NCBI GenBank assembly: GCA_032691205.1
Contig: GCA_032691205.1_4541.1
Length of the DNA stretch: 64,000 nt
Source: a phage
Strand: one strand, 5' to 3'
Shown here: positions 36,117-45,425 of the stretch, piece after piece
Position numbering within the stretch: the stretch's first letter is position 1
Layout: each line of letters begins with the position of its first letter
The notes under the pieces: generated by a model
Seen by the model: only the letters and a program-made list of their open reading frames with translations
Database searches by the model: none
What the model was told of the DNA's origin: nothing
Position numbers and translations under genes: made by a program

Positions 36117-36679
36117 TGGGTTGTTTTAGTTTTTTGTGCAAAGAATCGGGCAAAGCTGCCCTTTCTACTTCTTTCGACGGATCACCTTGCTACCTCTTTC
36201 TTTTGAAAGACGGTGTTGTTATTGAAGAGATGTATGGCAACTATGATAGTTATGGTTGTGTTTTCTCTGGAAAAGAGGATGAAAATGGCGTTCGTGAACG
36301 GTTCGAATGGGCTATGGATTGGAGTAAGGTTTGTGATTTGATGCATTCCTCAAATCCAAGGGACGGTATCGCTATGGTGCTGGAAGAGTACTTTACAGGT
36401 GAAATCCCTACAGAACAATCTGACGGAGATCCTAACCAAGGTTGGGGTGATGGTGAAGAAGATCCAGATTGTTTTTTCAGCACAGAAAAGAATAAGTTTA
36501 AACGTGTTGACAACCCTTATCACAAAGTGCATAATACTCTCATTGAAACAGAAGATGACAAGATGGAAATTGAAGAAGATGATCCTCTTGTAACACTTCC
36601 TATAAGTGAGTTACAAAAGATCACTAAGGAAGCTTACGATTTGGGCTTCAAAATTGGTAGAGGAGGTATGCGTGTTTAG
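36116..36679 (+). CDS. hypothetical acidic protein
   Basis: ORF 187 aa, RBS GAAGGAGG. Confidence 0.6.
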   Translation: MGCFSFLCKESGKAALSTSFDGSPCYLFLLKDGVVIEEMYGNYDSYGCVFSGKEDENGVRERFEWAMDWSKVCDLMHSSNPRDGIAMVLEEYFTGEIPTEQSDGDPNQGWGDGEEDPDCFFSTEKNKFKRVDNPYHKVHNTLIETEDDKMEIEEDDPLVTLPISELQKITKEAYDLGFKIGRGGMRV

Positions 36680-36950
36680 ATTCAATATTCAAGAAGAAAA
36701 AAGTCAGGATTTACCTATTGCTTTCGAAGATCTTGACGTAGGGGCCACATTCATGTATTATGATGCCTATGAAGACGCAGGGTTGGATACCTACCGCAAC
36801 TTGGTGTTCATTAAAAATTCCACAAACAGTGCGATCTGTATTAATGGATCACTAGCACAACGAGGCTATACTCATTGCATCCCACCAGATACAAATATGG
36901 TGGAAGTAGATTTAGAAGTTACCAATATTACACTTAAGAAGGAGAAATAA
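36673..36950 (+). CDS. hypothetical protein (cassette copy A, small partner)
   Basis: GTG start with RBS GGAGG; ...FEDLDVGATFMYYDAYEDAGLD...LEVTNITLKKEK is paralogous to 37972..38241. Confidence 0.55.
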
Positions 36951-36951
36951 T

Positions 36952-37746
36952 ATGTCCGAGAAAATCAGCCTGAAAAAACGTCAAGAAAACCTTGCTTTCT
37001 CTCTGAAAAAGAATAAGAACCTGAATGAAGGTAAGATTGTTCTTCGTGTAGCATGTGCTCTAGATATTTCTGGTAGTATGCATGGTCTATATTCTAGTGG
37101 AGTAGTGAGTGATTTTGTAGGTAAACTGCTTCCTTTTGGTATGCTGTTCGACGATAATCAACAAATTGATATGTGGGCCTTCAATACGAGTTCCCAAGAG
37201 CTTACTCCAGCAACAGCAGACGTTTACGATGACTATGTTGGTAAATGTATGCGTAATGTTCGTATTGGAGGTGGAACAAATTACGCCCCTGTAATGGCAG
37301 ATATCTACGATGAGTATTTTGGCACTGTTACCAAATATATTACCACTAAACAAGTGGTACAAGAGGAGGCTCCAAAGAAAGGCTTCTTTAATCGTCTGCT
37401 TGGTAAAACTGAAACAGTATCTGTAGAGCGTGAAAAGGTTGTAGCTGTGTCTGAACCAGGTGCTGACGTTACCCCTGGTGTTGTATTCTTCCAGACGGAT
37501 GGTGAGAATGGTGATCCTAGTGCTGTTCGTCGTCTTATTGAAGAGAATAAGAATAAACCTATTTATTGGTTCATGGTTGGCGTTGGTAATGAGAAGTTTG
37601 GCTTCCTGAAAGAACTGGCAAATGCTTATGATAATGTTGGTTTTATTGGCATTAAAGATTTAGACTTGACAGATTCAGAGCTTTATGACAAACTCTTATC
37701 TGAAGAGTTCGGAGAGTGGGTTGTTAAAGTAGGTGCTAAAAAATGA
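36952..37746 (+). CDS. vWA-domain protein (TerY-like)
   Basis: N-terminus MSEKISLKK; MIDAS motif ALDISGSM. Confidence 0.6.
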   Translation: MSEKISLKKRQENLAFSLKKNKNLNEGKIVLRVACALDISGSMHGLYSSGVVSDFVGKLLPFGMLFDDNQQIDMWAFNTSSQELTPATADVYDDYVGKCMRNVRIGGGTNYAPVMADIYDEYFGTVTKYITTKQVVQEEAPKKGFFNRLLGKTETVSVEREKVVAVSEPGADVTPGVVFFQTDGENGDPSAVRRLIEENKNKPIYWFMVGVGNEKFGFLKELANAYDNVGFIGIKDLDLTDSELYDKLLSEEFGEWVVKVGAKK

Positions 37747-37991
37747 TCGACGAGCTTGCCTCTCAAGTCATAGAAAATTATTGGCGTGAGAGAGAAGCTT
37801 TCATTATGCGCAGTCTCAAAGAGTATTTCATTGGGACTGTGCGAATGGAAGATATTGTAAGTAGAGTAGAGATTCATGTATGGCCTGATTATGAAGAATG
37901 GGTTGACAAAGAAAATGAAAATGCTATAATTCTTCGTATATACAAACCGGAGATAACATTAGGAGGAAGAAGTGTTAAACTTCGAAATTGA
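37743..37991 (+). CDS. hypothetical protein
   Basis: ORF 82 aa. Confidence 0.5.
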   Translation: MIDELASQVIENYWREREAFIMRSLKEYFIGTVRMEDIVSRVEIHVWPDYEEWVDKENENAIILRIYKPEITLGGRSVKLRN

Positions 37992-38241
37992 TGAGCAAAA
38001 AGTAAATAAACGATGCCTTACCATTAAAGATTTGGATGTAGGAGATACTTTCGTCTATGAAAATGCATTTGACGAAAATGGTTTAGACCTTAGTGAAATC
38101 ATTGTTTATTTAAAAGTAGATGATGGGGAAAATGATTATTCTGCTGTAGAACTAAACCATCATGCACAATTAGTATCAATCCAAAACACATCTAAGCTTT
38201 TGGAAGTAGAATTGACTGTAACTGGTATTACACTTAAATAA
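37972..38241 (+). CDS. hypothetical protein (cassette copy B, small partner)
   Basis: GTG start with RBS AGGAGGAAGAA; ...IKDLDVGDTFVYENAFDENGLD...LTVTGITLK is paralogous to 36673..36950. Confidence 0.55.
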   Translation: MLNFEIDEQKVNKRCLTIKDLDVGDTFVYENAFDENGLDLSEIIVYLKVDDGENDYSAVELNHHAQLVSIQNTSKLLEVELTVTGITLK

Positions 38242-38256
38242 TAGAGGAGACAAAAG

Positions 38257-38859
38257 ATGACTGATAAAATTTCCCTGAAAAAAGGCTCTAGCGAAAAAAT
38301 TTCCCTGAAGAAAGTTGCTCCGGCTCTGAAAGAACTGCGCCTGGAATTCTCTTGGAAATCTGATTCTAAACTGGATCTGGATGTAAGTGCACTGGTTTGT
38401 CGTCATAATGCCGCTGGCAATCCTGAAATGCTGTCCGCACGTCATCTGGTTTGCTATGCTAACAAGTTTGATCCTGAACGTTCTACCTTCGCTGGTGACG
38501 ATGTTCGTGATGGGACTGGCAGCATGGAGCAGATTGATATTACTCTGGCTAAAATCTCTCCTGATGCACAAGAGATTGCCTTTGTTCTGACCATTGATGA
38601 TGATACAGGTCTGAAACGTTTTGGTCATGCTTCTGAAGGTATGCTTAAAATCTTCGACTCCGAGCGTAATGTGGAAATTCTGGATTTTGACTTCCTGGCT
38701 CCTGAAGTAGCTGGCAACACAATCTGCCACGTGGCTTCCCTGGTTCGTGAAGATGGAGAATGGAAGCTGAAAGCATATGGTGTAGGTAAAGCTGGTCTGG
38801 ATATTTGCGATGTGGTGATGGCCTTCGGTGGTAAAAAAGAATGGTATGAATGTCCATAA
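38257..38859 (+). CDS. terD: TerD-family protein
   Basis: MTDKISLKKGSSEKISLKK N-terminus, DLDVSALV, GDDVRDGTG, IAFVLTIDDD, REDGEWKLKAYGVG fit TerD along its length. Confidence 0.75.
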   Translation: MTDKISLKKGSSEKISLKKVAPALKELRLEFSWKSDSKLDLDVSALVCRHNAAGNPEMLSARHLVCYANKFDPERSTFAGDDVRDGTGSMEQIDITLAKISPDAQEIAFVLTIDDDTGLKRFGHASEGMLKIFDSERNVEILDFDFLAPEVAGNTICHVASLVREDGEWKLKAYGVGKAGLDICDVVMAFGGKKEWYECP

Positions 38860-38877
38860 TAATTAACAAATGATTTT

Positions 38878-38900
38878 GAGGGGGAGAAATCCCCCTCTTG
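38878..38900 (+). terminator. terminator-like hairpin after terD
   Basis: GAGGGGGA-GAAA-TCCCCCTC; short T-run. Confidence 0.4.
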
Positions 38901-38926
38901 CAATAAAGCCTCTATCGTGTTATACT
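38898..38926 (+). promoter_or_regulatory. sigma70-like promoter
   Basis: TTGCAA, 17 nt, TATACT. Confidence 0.5.
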
Positions 38927-38958
38927 AGAAGTTCGTTAACTTAAAAAGGAGGCAAAAT

Positions 38959-39480
38959 TTGCTGATAAAAAACTTTGTAACAGTTGCGTTACTATCCTTA
39001 ACTGCTTTTACATTTACACCTGTTGTGGCGAAAGCCGAAGCTGCAAACGTAAAAACCGCTAAAGTAGTTCACAAATGTACAAAGCAATATAATGATAAAA
39101 TTCTATTAGCTTGTGCAATTTACGCAGAAGGTCGCGGTCTGGGTAAAAAAGGAATGAATGCCGTTGGGAATGTGGTAATCAACAGAAGAAATGATGCCTA
39201 CTTCCCTAACACAGTCAAGGGAGTCTTGTTCCAGAAAGGGCAATTCTCATATGCGAAAACTTTTAACGTGACAGAGAAAGATAAGTGGCAGGAAGCAAAA
39301 GCAATAGCGGAGCGTTTACTTTATTTAGAGAAACATTTTCCTGAATTGCGGTCTGTTTTAGATGTTACTAAAGGTGCTCTATACTTCAAGAAACGGAATA
39401 TAAGGACACACTGGGAGCGTGATATGCGTCTTGTTTATCGAGATAAAGTGCATGGTTTCTATCTACCAAAGGGGAGTTAA
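38959..39480 (+). CDS. secreted cell-wall hydrolase (SleB/CwlJ-like)
   Basis: TTG start with RBS AAGGAGG; signal peptide; LACAIYAEGRGLGKKGMNAVGNVVINRR...VLFQKGQFSY. Confidence 0.55.
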   Translation: MLIKNFVTVALLSLTAFTFTPVVAKAEAANVKTAKVVHKCTKQYNDKILLACAIYAEGRGLGKKGMNAVGNVVINRRNDAYFPNTVKGVLFQKGQFSYAKTFNVTEKDKWQEAKAIAERLLYLEKHFPELRSVLDVTKGALYFKKRNIRTHWERDMRLVYRDKVHGFYLPKGS

Positions 39481-39481
39481 A

Positions 39482-39766
39482 ATGCAAGAAGATAATACTG
39501 TTGTTGTAGCAAGTTACCTGGTTGTCGGTCTTACCGAAGAGGACGTATACTACACCCGTAAACATTTGGAAGCATACGCTACTTTGTTTATGGAAGATGA
39601 AAAAGATGTAGATAAATATAGCATTGATATGATCAACGACAGTATTTATCCTTGTATGGTTCTTAAAGTAGATGCTGTGCTGTGGGAGCGTTTTGCAAGG
39701 ACTCATGATGCTGTAGAATGCTCCGCAGTAATGTCTCAAAACAACATTTTAGGGGAGATTCACTGA
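39482..39766 (+). CDS. hypothetical protein
   Basis: ATG 39482 with RBS AAGGGGAG. Confidence 0.55.
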   Translation: MQEDNTVVVASYLVVGLTEEDVYYTRKHLEAYATLFMEDEKDVDKYSIDMINDSIYPCMVLKVDAVLWERFARTHDAVECSAVMSQNNILGEIH

Positions 39767-39996
39767 TGGGAGAAGTCATTGAAGTAAATTTTCGCACTAA
39801 ACAAAAAGTGCAAAAATATGTTGTTATTAAAAACATTTGCGTTGTCTGCTTCAATACTGTAATATATGATTCACGACGCGGAGAAAACGAAAATGAACCT
39901 TACATTGAAATTTCTAAGAACAAAGGTCAATGTATTTGTAAGAACTGTGCAGTAGCTATTAAGGAGGTTGTAAATGAAAACGCTTGGGACCAATGA
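39766..39996 (+). CDS. hypothetical Cys-containing small protein
   Basis: ATGA-coupled start; CVVCFNTV...CICKNC. Confidence 0.5.
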   Translation: MGEVIEVNFRTKQKVQKYVVIKNICVVCFNTVIYDSRRGENENEPYIEISKNKGQCICKNCAVAIKEVVNENAWDQ

Positions 39997-40165
39997 AACT
40001 GGCGAGATCTCTCTTCAAGAAGTGACAAACGACAAGCTGATTAAACTACGGGATGTAGCTCGTGACCATCTCCAAGAATCTTTTAAAGAATATATGGAAG
40101 CACGAGATCGTGTCATCCAAATCCAACAAGAAATGATTAAACGTGGGATTGTAGCTGACAGTTAA
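39974..40165 (+). CDS. hypothetical protein
   Basis: ORF 63 aa. Confidence 0.5.
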   Translation: MKTLGTNETGEISLQEVTNDKLIKLRDVARDHLQESFKEYMEARDRVIQIQQEMIKRGIVADS

Positions 40166-40181
40166 TATAACGGAGGGGAGA

Positions 40182-40745
40182 ATGATTTATTATATTACTC
40201 CCTATCTGACAGGAAATATCGGCAAGGCTATCAATGAAGCTATTGCCGTTCTTCCAGATGATAGTTGGGTGTGCTTAAGAGATACCGATACAATGTTCCT
40301 CCTGCCTGATCAACCATCTATGCTTGAAGAGCTTGTTATGTCAAACCCGCCTTTTGATGTAATAGGTGCAACTTGTAACAGGTTAGGTAGTGGTTATCAG
40401 CTTTTCTCTAACCAAATTAACGATGATCCAAATATTCTAAACCATATAGAATATGCTAAGATTGCAAGAGAATATCATAAAGTGAGTGTTGAAGAAGTTC
40501 CTTTCGGAACACCTCTGGCAGGTTTCTTTTTGCTTTTTAGAAAATCATTGTGGAATGAAGTTCCTTTCGAAGAAAAATCTATCCAATTCGACCTAATTTT
40601 CTCTCGCACTTTACATGAAAAAGGAAAGAGGTTAGGATTGATGCGGGGAATGTATCTGTTTCACATTTACAGATTAGGTCAAACAAATCCTCAACGGTCT
40701 ATACATCATTTATTACACTGTCACGATCACAGTAAAACTATCTAG
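40182..40745 (+). CDS. putative glycosyltransferase (GT-A-like)
   Basis: 187 aa; CLRDTDTMF as a possible DxD motif. Confidence 0.35.
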   Translation: MIYYITPYLTGNIGKAINEAIAVLPDDSWVCLRDTDTMFLLPDQPSMLEELVMSNPPFDVIGATCNRLGSGYQLFSNQINDDPNILNHIEYAKIAREYHKVSVEEVPFGTPLAGFFLLFRKSLWNEVPFEEKSIQFDLIFSRTLHEKGKRLGLMRGMYLFHIYRLGQTNPQRSIHHLLHCHDHSKTI

Positions 40746-40753
40746 GAGAGAAA

Positions 40754-41437
40754 ATGGAAAATATTAAAATCGGAGTGGGTGTTATCACTGTAGGTGTCCG
40801 TCCACTTAAAGACTATCTTGTAACAGATCCACATGCAGATTTTCGAGTATTCAACGATCCAGATCGTAAAGGTGTAGCTTACGCCAGGAATGAACTTATG
40901 CACCAGTTTTATGAAGAAGGTTATGATTATTGGTTTATTTTTGACGACGATTGCTACCCAATCATGGAGGGATGGGAAACATATTTTGTAGATCAAGCTG
41001 TCTCTGGAGGATGGGATTTCTTTGGTATGCCGGAGTATTTCAAAGATAAAGTTGTTGGGAGTAAAGGAGAAGTTATTCTCTGGGAACTTGCAATGTGTCA
41101 ATTTGCAATGTATTCTCGTGCCGTTGTTGAGAAGATGGGTTATTTCCGCCCTTACACTCACGGCTATGGTTTTGAAGATGCTGAATGGGTACACCGTTTG
41201 AAAGCTGCTGGTTTGAATCAGGGTATTCAGGCAATACCTTGTCCACTTCGTATCATGGCTTATATCCACCCAGACGATGTTTTTGGAAACAATCCTATGC
41301 CTTTTGCTAATCTGACAAAAGAAGAGAAAGAAGCTGCTATTGGCATTAACTGGGAAGAATATAAAGCGTCTTTAGAAGATATTAAAAATGGGAAAATCCG
41401 AATTTCTTATGAGGAGGCACTGGCACATGTCAAATAA
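40754..41437 (+). CDS. glycosyltransferase (GT-A fold, DxD type)
   Basis: GVAYARNELMHQFYEEGYDYWFIFDDDCYP. Confidence 0.5.
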   Translation: MENIKIGVGVITVGVRPLKDYLVTDPHADFRVFNDPDRKGVAYARNELMHQFYEEGYDYWFIFDDDCYPIMEGWETYFVDQAVSGGWDFFGMPEYFKDKVVGSKGEVILWELAMCQFAMYSRAVVEKMGYFRPYTHGYGFEDAEWVHRLKAAGLNQGIQAIPCPLRIMAYIHPDDVFGNNPMPFANLTKEEKEAAIGINWEEYKASLEDIKNGKIRISYEEALAHVK

Positions 41438-42374
41438 AAAATGGACTAAACTGAAAATTGATGCAAAACCTCACAGTGGTTGTGATTATCATCGTATTGT
41501 TATGCCATTTAACAACAATAATCTTCAACCTAAGAAAGATGTTGTTGTGTTTAACCGTATTCACTCTAAAGGTGCAGAATATGTTTTGTCCCTGAAACGT
41601 CAAGGTGTTAAGATTGTTGTAGATTTAGATGATTTCTACCAACTTAATCCAGAACATTATTTAGCAAGTCTATACGAGTCAAACACCCATTCTATTGTAG
41701 CTATGGTTAAGCTTGCTGATGTGGTCATTGTGACTACGGAATACTTGGCATATAAGATCCGTCACTTAAATAGGAATGTTGTTGTGATCCGAAATGCACT
41801 TCCTTTTGATAGCGGACAATTCACTTTGTCAAATGATCGTTCATCCGGTACCCCTGTCGTATGGGCTGGCGGTGCTAGTCACGAACCCGACTTACGACTA
41901 GTCTCTAATACTTTCGACGATGAACTTCTTACTATTGCGGGATATGAGGCATCACAGAGCATCACGGGACAAGAGTGGATTAAGATTCGCAGAAATTTAC
42001 CAAATGCCAAATATAAAGCCGCTGTAAAAGATTTAGATAATTACATGAGTGTTTACGAGGGTCATGCTATTGCTATAGCTCCTCTGGTAGATAACGATTT
42101 TAATAATTGTAAAAGTAATCTCAAAATCTTGGAAGCTGGGGCAAAAGGTATTCCAATTGTTTGTTCTAAGGTATTACCTTATTTTAACCCTGTAGATGCT
42201 CGCGCTGTTGCTTACGCAGAGAATAAAGCAGAATGGCATTACGAAATTGTTAAGCTTCTTCGCAATCCGAACTATCGGGAAGATCGTGGCTTGTTCTTAG
42301 CGGAACATGTTCGAACACATTATAATCTGGCAGATGCAAACGAATTGCGACGCCAGGTTATTGAAAGTTTGTAG
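41427..42374 (+). CDS. glycosyltransferase (GT-B-like), paralog 1
   Basis: Start MSNKKW; C-terminal KSNLKILEAGAKGIPIVCS; N-terminus CDYHRIVMPF. Confidence 0.5.
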   Translation: MSNKKWTKLKIDAKPHSGCDYHRIVMPFNNNNLQPKKDVVVFNRIHSKGAEYVLSLKRQGVKIVVDLDDFYQLNPEHYLASLYESNTHSIVAMVKLADVVIVTTEYLAYKIRHLNRNVVVIRNALPFDSGQFTLSNDRSSGTPVVWAGGASHEPDLRLVSNTFDDELLTIAGYEASQSITGQEWIKIRRNLPNAKYKAAVKDLDNYMSVYEGHAIAIAPLVDNDFNNCKSNLKILEAGAKGIPIVCSKVLPYFNPVDARAVAYAENKAEWHYEIVKLLRNPNYREDRGLFLAEHVRTHYNLADANELRRQVIESL

Positions 42375-42381
42375 GTGAAGT

Positions 42382-43326
42382 ATGGGACAAATAATTCTTG
42401 ACAATCGTAACGGAATCAATTATAGTGTCTGCGATTTCCATAGGGTAGTGCTGCCTTACTCAAGGCAGTTCTCTTCACAACCTAAACACAACGTTTTCGT
42501 TTTTAACGGAGTGCCAACAAAAGGTAAAGAGGGCTTTTTAGCCCTTAAAAACCTGGGCTTTAAAATGGTTATGGATTTGGATGACTCTTTAGTTATTCCA
42601 AAAGGACACATGTTAGAAGGTATTTTTGAATCAGGTATTCGTGAACATTTAAAATGGTTTTTAGAGCACAGTGATCTTGTTACAACTACGACACCTGCCT
42701 TGCAAGTTGAACTTTCACAATACAATGATAATGTGCACATAATCCCTAATGGACTTCCTTACGATGAAGGTCAATTTGTGTTGACCCGTGATCGCTACTC
42801 CAAAACTCCATTAGTCTGGGCTGGAAGTGAAACACATAAACAAGATTTGGCTATCTTGCCCGATTTTGGTAAAGATCTTACAATATGTGGTTTTCGTAGG
42901 GATTCTGAAGTTTTAAGTAGTCGTGAATGGTCTTTAATCAGGGAAAATGTAGCACCAACTTGTGTTTATGAAGGTGTAAGACCATATGCCAACTACATGG
43001 AATCTTACGATGGTCATCAAATCAGTCTTGCACCATTGATCGATAACGTGTTTAATAATGCAAAAAGCAATCTTAAAATTCTTGAGGCAGGTGCTAAGGG
43101 TTTACCTTTAATCTGCTCTCCTCGTGAGAATTATCATACACAAGAGTTTAAAGATTTGTTATTCTTTGCTGAAACACCTTCCGAGTGGAAAGATATTACG
43201 GAATACTTATTAAGTGCTCCCGATGTTTGCATGGAGAAAGGATTAGCATTAGCTAAGTATGTCAGGACTCATTATCACATTGATGTGTTGAATGAGCGTC
43301 GTAGACTTTTATTTGAGGAGCTATAA
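42382..43326 (+). CDS. glycosyltransferase (GT-B-like), paralog 2
   Basis: CDFHRVVLPY and KSNLKILEAGAKGLPLICS, collinear with 41427..42374. Confidence 0.5.
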   Translation: MGQIILDNRNGINYSVCDFHRVVLPYSRQFSSQPKHNVFVFNGVPTKGKEGFLALKNLGFKMVMDLDDSLVIPKGHMLEGIFESGIREHLKWFLEHSDLVTTTTPALQVELSQYNDNVHIIPNGLPYDEGQFVLTRDRYSKTPLVWAGSETHKQDLAILPDFGKDLTICGFRRDSEVLSSREWSLIRENVAPTCVYEGVRPYANYMESYDGHQISLAPLIDNVFNNAKSNLKILEAGAKGLPLICSPRENYHTQEFKDLLFFAETPSEWKDITEYLLSAPDVCMEKGLALAKYVRTHYHIDVLNERRRLLFEEL

Positions 43327-43604
43327 TGATTAACACTTTCGATTTTGAATACACCACTCGTAACGGGAAAGCCTTGGTCGTGGAGGTGGATTACTATTAT
43401 GAAGAACCTAATCCACTTTCTCGTGAAAGCGATTGGGATTACCACGGAGGGCTTTTAATTGACGGTATTCGTTTTTATGAAGGATCTACAGAAGTTTTTG
43501 AAAAAGATTTAAATGTAACTGTAGCAGAAATTGCTTTCCAATTTAGAAAGCACATGGAAGAACTTGAAGCAGAATATATGATGGAGACTAACGAACCATT
43601 TTAA
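43326..43604 (+). CDS. hypothetical protein
   Basis: ORF 92 aa. Confidence 0.55.
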   Translation: MINTFDFEYTTRNGKALVVEVDYYYEEPNPLSRESDWDYHGGLLIDGIRFYEGSTEVFEKDLNVTVAEIAFQFRKHMEELEAEYMMETNEPF

Positions 43605-43616
43605 CAGGAGAACAAA

Positions 43617-45395
43617 GTGTCGCACATTATAACTAAATATGGATTTGATGTTGATCTTAGCAAGGAAGGGCATACAGGTTGTCCGCGCTGCATGAAAAAT
43701 GGCAAGGATCGCTCTCGTAATAACCTGATGGTTTATGGATTAGATTCTAATGGAGAGCATAAAGGTGCTAAGTGCTTTGCGTGTGAATACACTATTCCTA
43801 GCGTAGAATGGTTACGAGAAAATGGTGAAGTTTTAGAAGAAGAGGAGGAGATTGTGGGTTCGGAATTTAATAAACAGATTCATCGTAAAATTGTTCAAGA
43901 AACATCAACCAACCCACGTGGTTATCGAGGCATTAAAGAAAAAGTTTCATCTTTCTATGGTGTTCGTTATGAATACCGTCAGGAAGGGGATCAGATGGTA
44001 GTAGAAAGTTGTTTATATCCAACTACTATCGGTAAAGAATTGGTTGGTTTTAAGCGTCGTATTCATCCTAAAGATTTCAGTAAACCTATTGGTCAAGTAG
44101 GTAAAGATGTAGATCTTTTTGGACAAATTCGTTTTGCAGACCGTTCTCATACTGTGGTAATTACAGGTGGTGAACACGATGCTCTGGCAGCTTATCAAAT
44201 GCTGTCTGAAAACTTGGACAACAAATATGAACTTCCAGCAGTAGTTAGTGGCACAACTGGTGAAACCAGTATGTATAAACAAGTTCAGGCACAATACCCT
44301 TTCTTTGAAAAATTTAAGAAGATTATTGTTTGCATGGATAATGACAAAGCAGGTAATGAGGCATTTGAAAATATTGTTAAGGTGCTGCCTCGTAACAAAG
44401 TCTACCGTATGCAGATGGATCTTAAGGATGCCAATCAGTATCTGGAAGAAGGTCGTGCAAAAGATTTCGTAAAAGCTTTTTGGAGTGCTCGTCTATACAC
44501 CCCAGCAGGTGTTTATGCTTCTAATGTCTTGTATGAAGCTGCATTAGAATGCTTGGAATCCAAGATGATTACCTTGCCTCCTTTTATGCGTGTTGCTGCA
44601 AATATGCTGGGTGGTGGTTTAGTAGAGGAAGAGATTACAGTCATCCTGGCAAAGACCAGTATCGGTAAAACTTTGATGGTGAACGAGATCACCAAACATA
44701 TTATTGTTGCGCACCCAGAACATACCCTAGGTATTCTGTCCTTGGAAGCAACTTATAAGAAATATTCTCGTAACCTGTTGTCCTCGTTCCTACATATTCC
44801 TCTACACAGGAAAACACCGGAAGAGAAATTTCAAATCTTGGAAGAGAATAAAGAAAAAATCCTAGATTTTTACGAAAGAGAAGATGGATCACCACGTTTT
44901 TATGTGTGTGATGATCGTGGAGCAGATGTGGAGTCTATCAAAGAAAAAGTTTTGGAGATGATCATCTATTTTGGAGTAACAATTCTTGTTATCGACCCTT
45001 ATTCTGATTTGCTTTCTGGTATGGATGTTCAAGCCCAGGAAGAGTTAGCAACATGGTTGAAGCGCATCATGAAAGAGTATGCTATAACTATTATCGTCAT
45101 CTCACACGTTAAGAAATCGGCTAATGGTGGCAATGAACACTTAACAGAGGACGATGCAATGGGTAGTAGTTTCTTGGCTAAAGGTGCTGGTATTACCTTG
45201 GCTTTGGAACGAGATAAAGCCGCTGAAGACCCTGTAGAACGCAATACGACTCATTGCTTTATCCTAAAAAACCGTGAGTTCTCGGAAACTGGTCCGGCAG
45301 GGCAGTTTTACTATGACATTAGAACTGCAACTCTGCATGACAAAGAGCAGTATTTCAACAATCCTGCTAATTTGCCTACGGATAGCAATTATTAA
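43617..45395 (+). CDS. DNA primase-helicase (T7 gp4-like)
   Basis: N-terminal Zn ribbon HTGCPRCMKNG...KCFACEY; C-terminal Walker A ILAKTSIGKTLM and Walker B ILVIDPYSD. Confidence 0.7.
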   Translation: MSHIITKYGFDVDLSKEGHTGCPRCMKNGKDRSRNNLMVYGLDSNGEHKGAKCFACEYTIPSVEWLRENGEVLEEEEEIVGSEFNKQIHRKIVQETSTNPRGYRGIKEKVSSFYGVRYEYRQEGDQMVVESCLYPTTIGKELVGFKRRIHPKDFSKPIGQVGKDVDLFGQIRFADRSHTVVITGGEHDALAAYQMLSENLDNKYELPAVVSGTTGETSMYKQVQAQYPFFEKFKKIIVCMDNDKAGNEAFENIVKVLPRNKVYRMQMDLKDANQYLEEGRAKDFVKAFWSARLYTPAGVYASNVLYEAALECLESKMITLPPFMRVAANMLGGGLVEEEITVILAKTSIGKTLMVNEITKHIIVAHPEHTLGILSLEATYKKYSRNLLSSFLHIPLHRKTPEEKFQILEENKEKILDFYEREDGSPRFYVCDDRGADVESIKEKVLEMIIYFGVTILVIDPYSDLLSGMDVQAQEELATWLKRIMKEYAITIIVISHVKKSANGGNEHLTEDDAMGSSFLAKGAGITLALERDKAAEDPVERNTTHCFILKNREFSETGPAGQFYYDIRTATLHDKEQYFNNPANLPTDSNY

Positions 45396-45414
45396 GGGCT
45401 TCGGCCCTTTTATT
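45394..45414 (+). terminator. rho-independent terminator
   Basis: AAGGGC-TTCG-GCCCTT then TTATT. Confidence 0.6.
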
Positions 45415-45425
45415 AAAAATACCTG

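Noticed and set aside
38176-38730. Minus-strand ORF of 184 aa
   Set aside because: Antisense to the TerD gene, whose family motifs are clear
28370-38859. Literal reading of the Ter-like block as a tellurite-resistance operon
   Set aside because: Ter proteins are general membrane and stress modules; a lytic phage is unlikely to be selected for tellurite tolerance, so the block is reported as Ter-like with unknown function
40742-41269. Minus-strand ORF of 175 aa
   Set aside because: Antisense to glycosyltransferase gene 40754..41437
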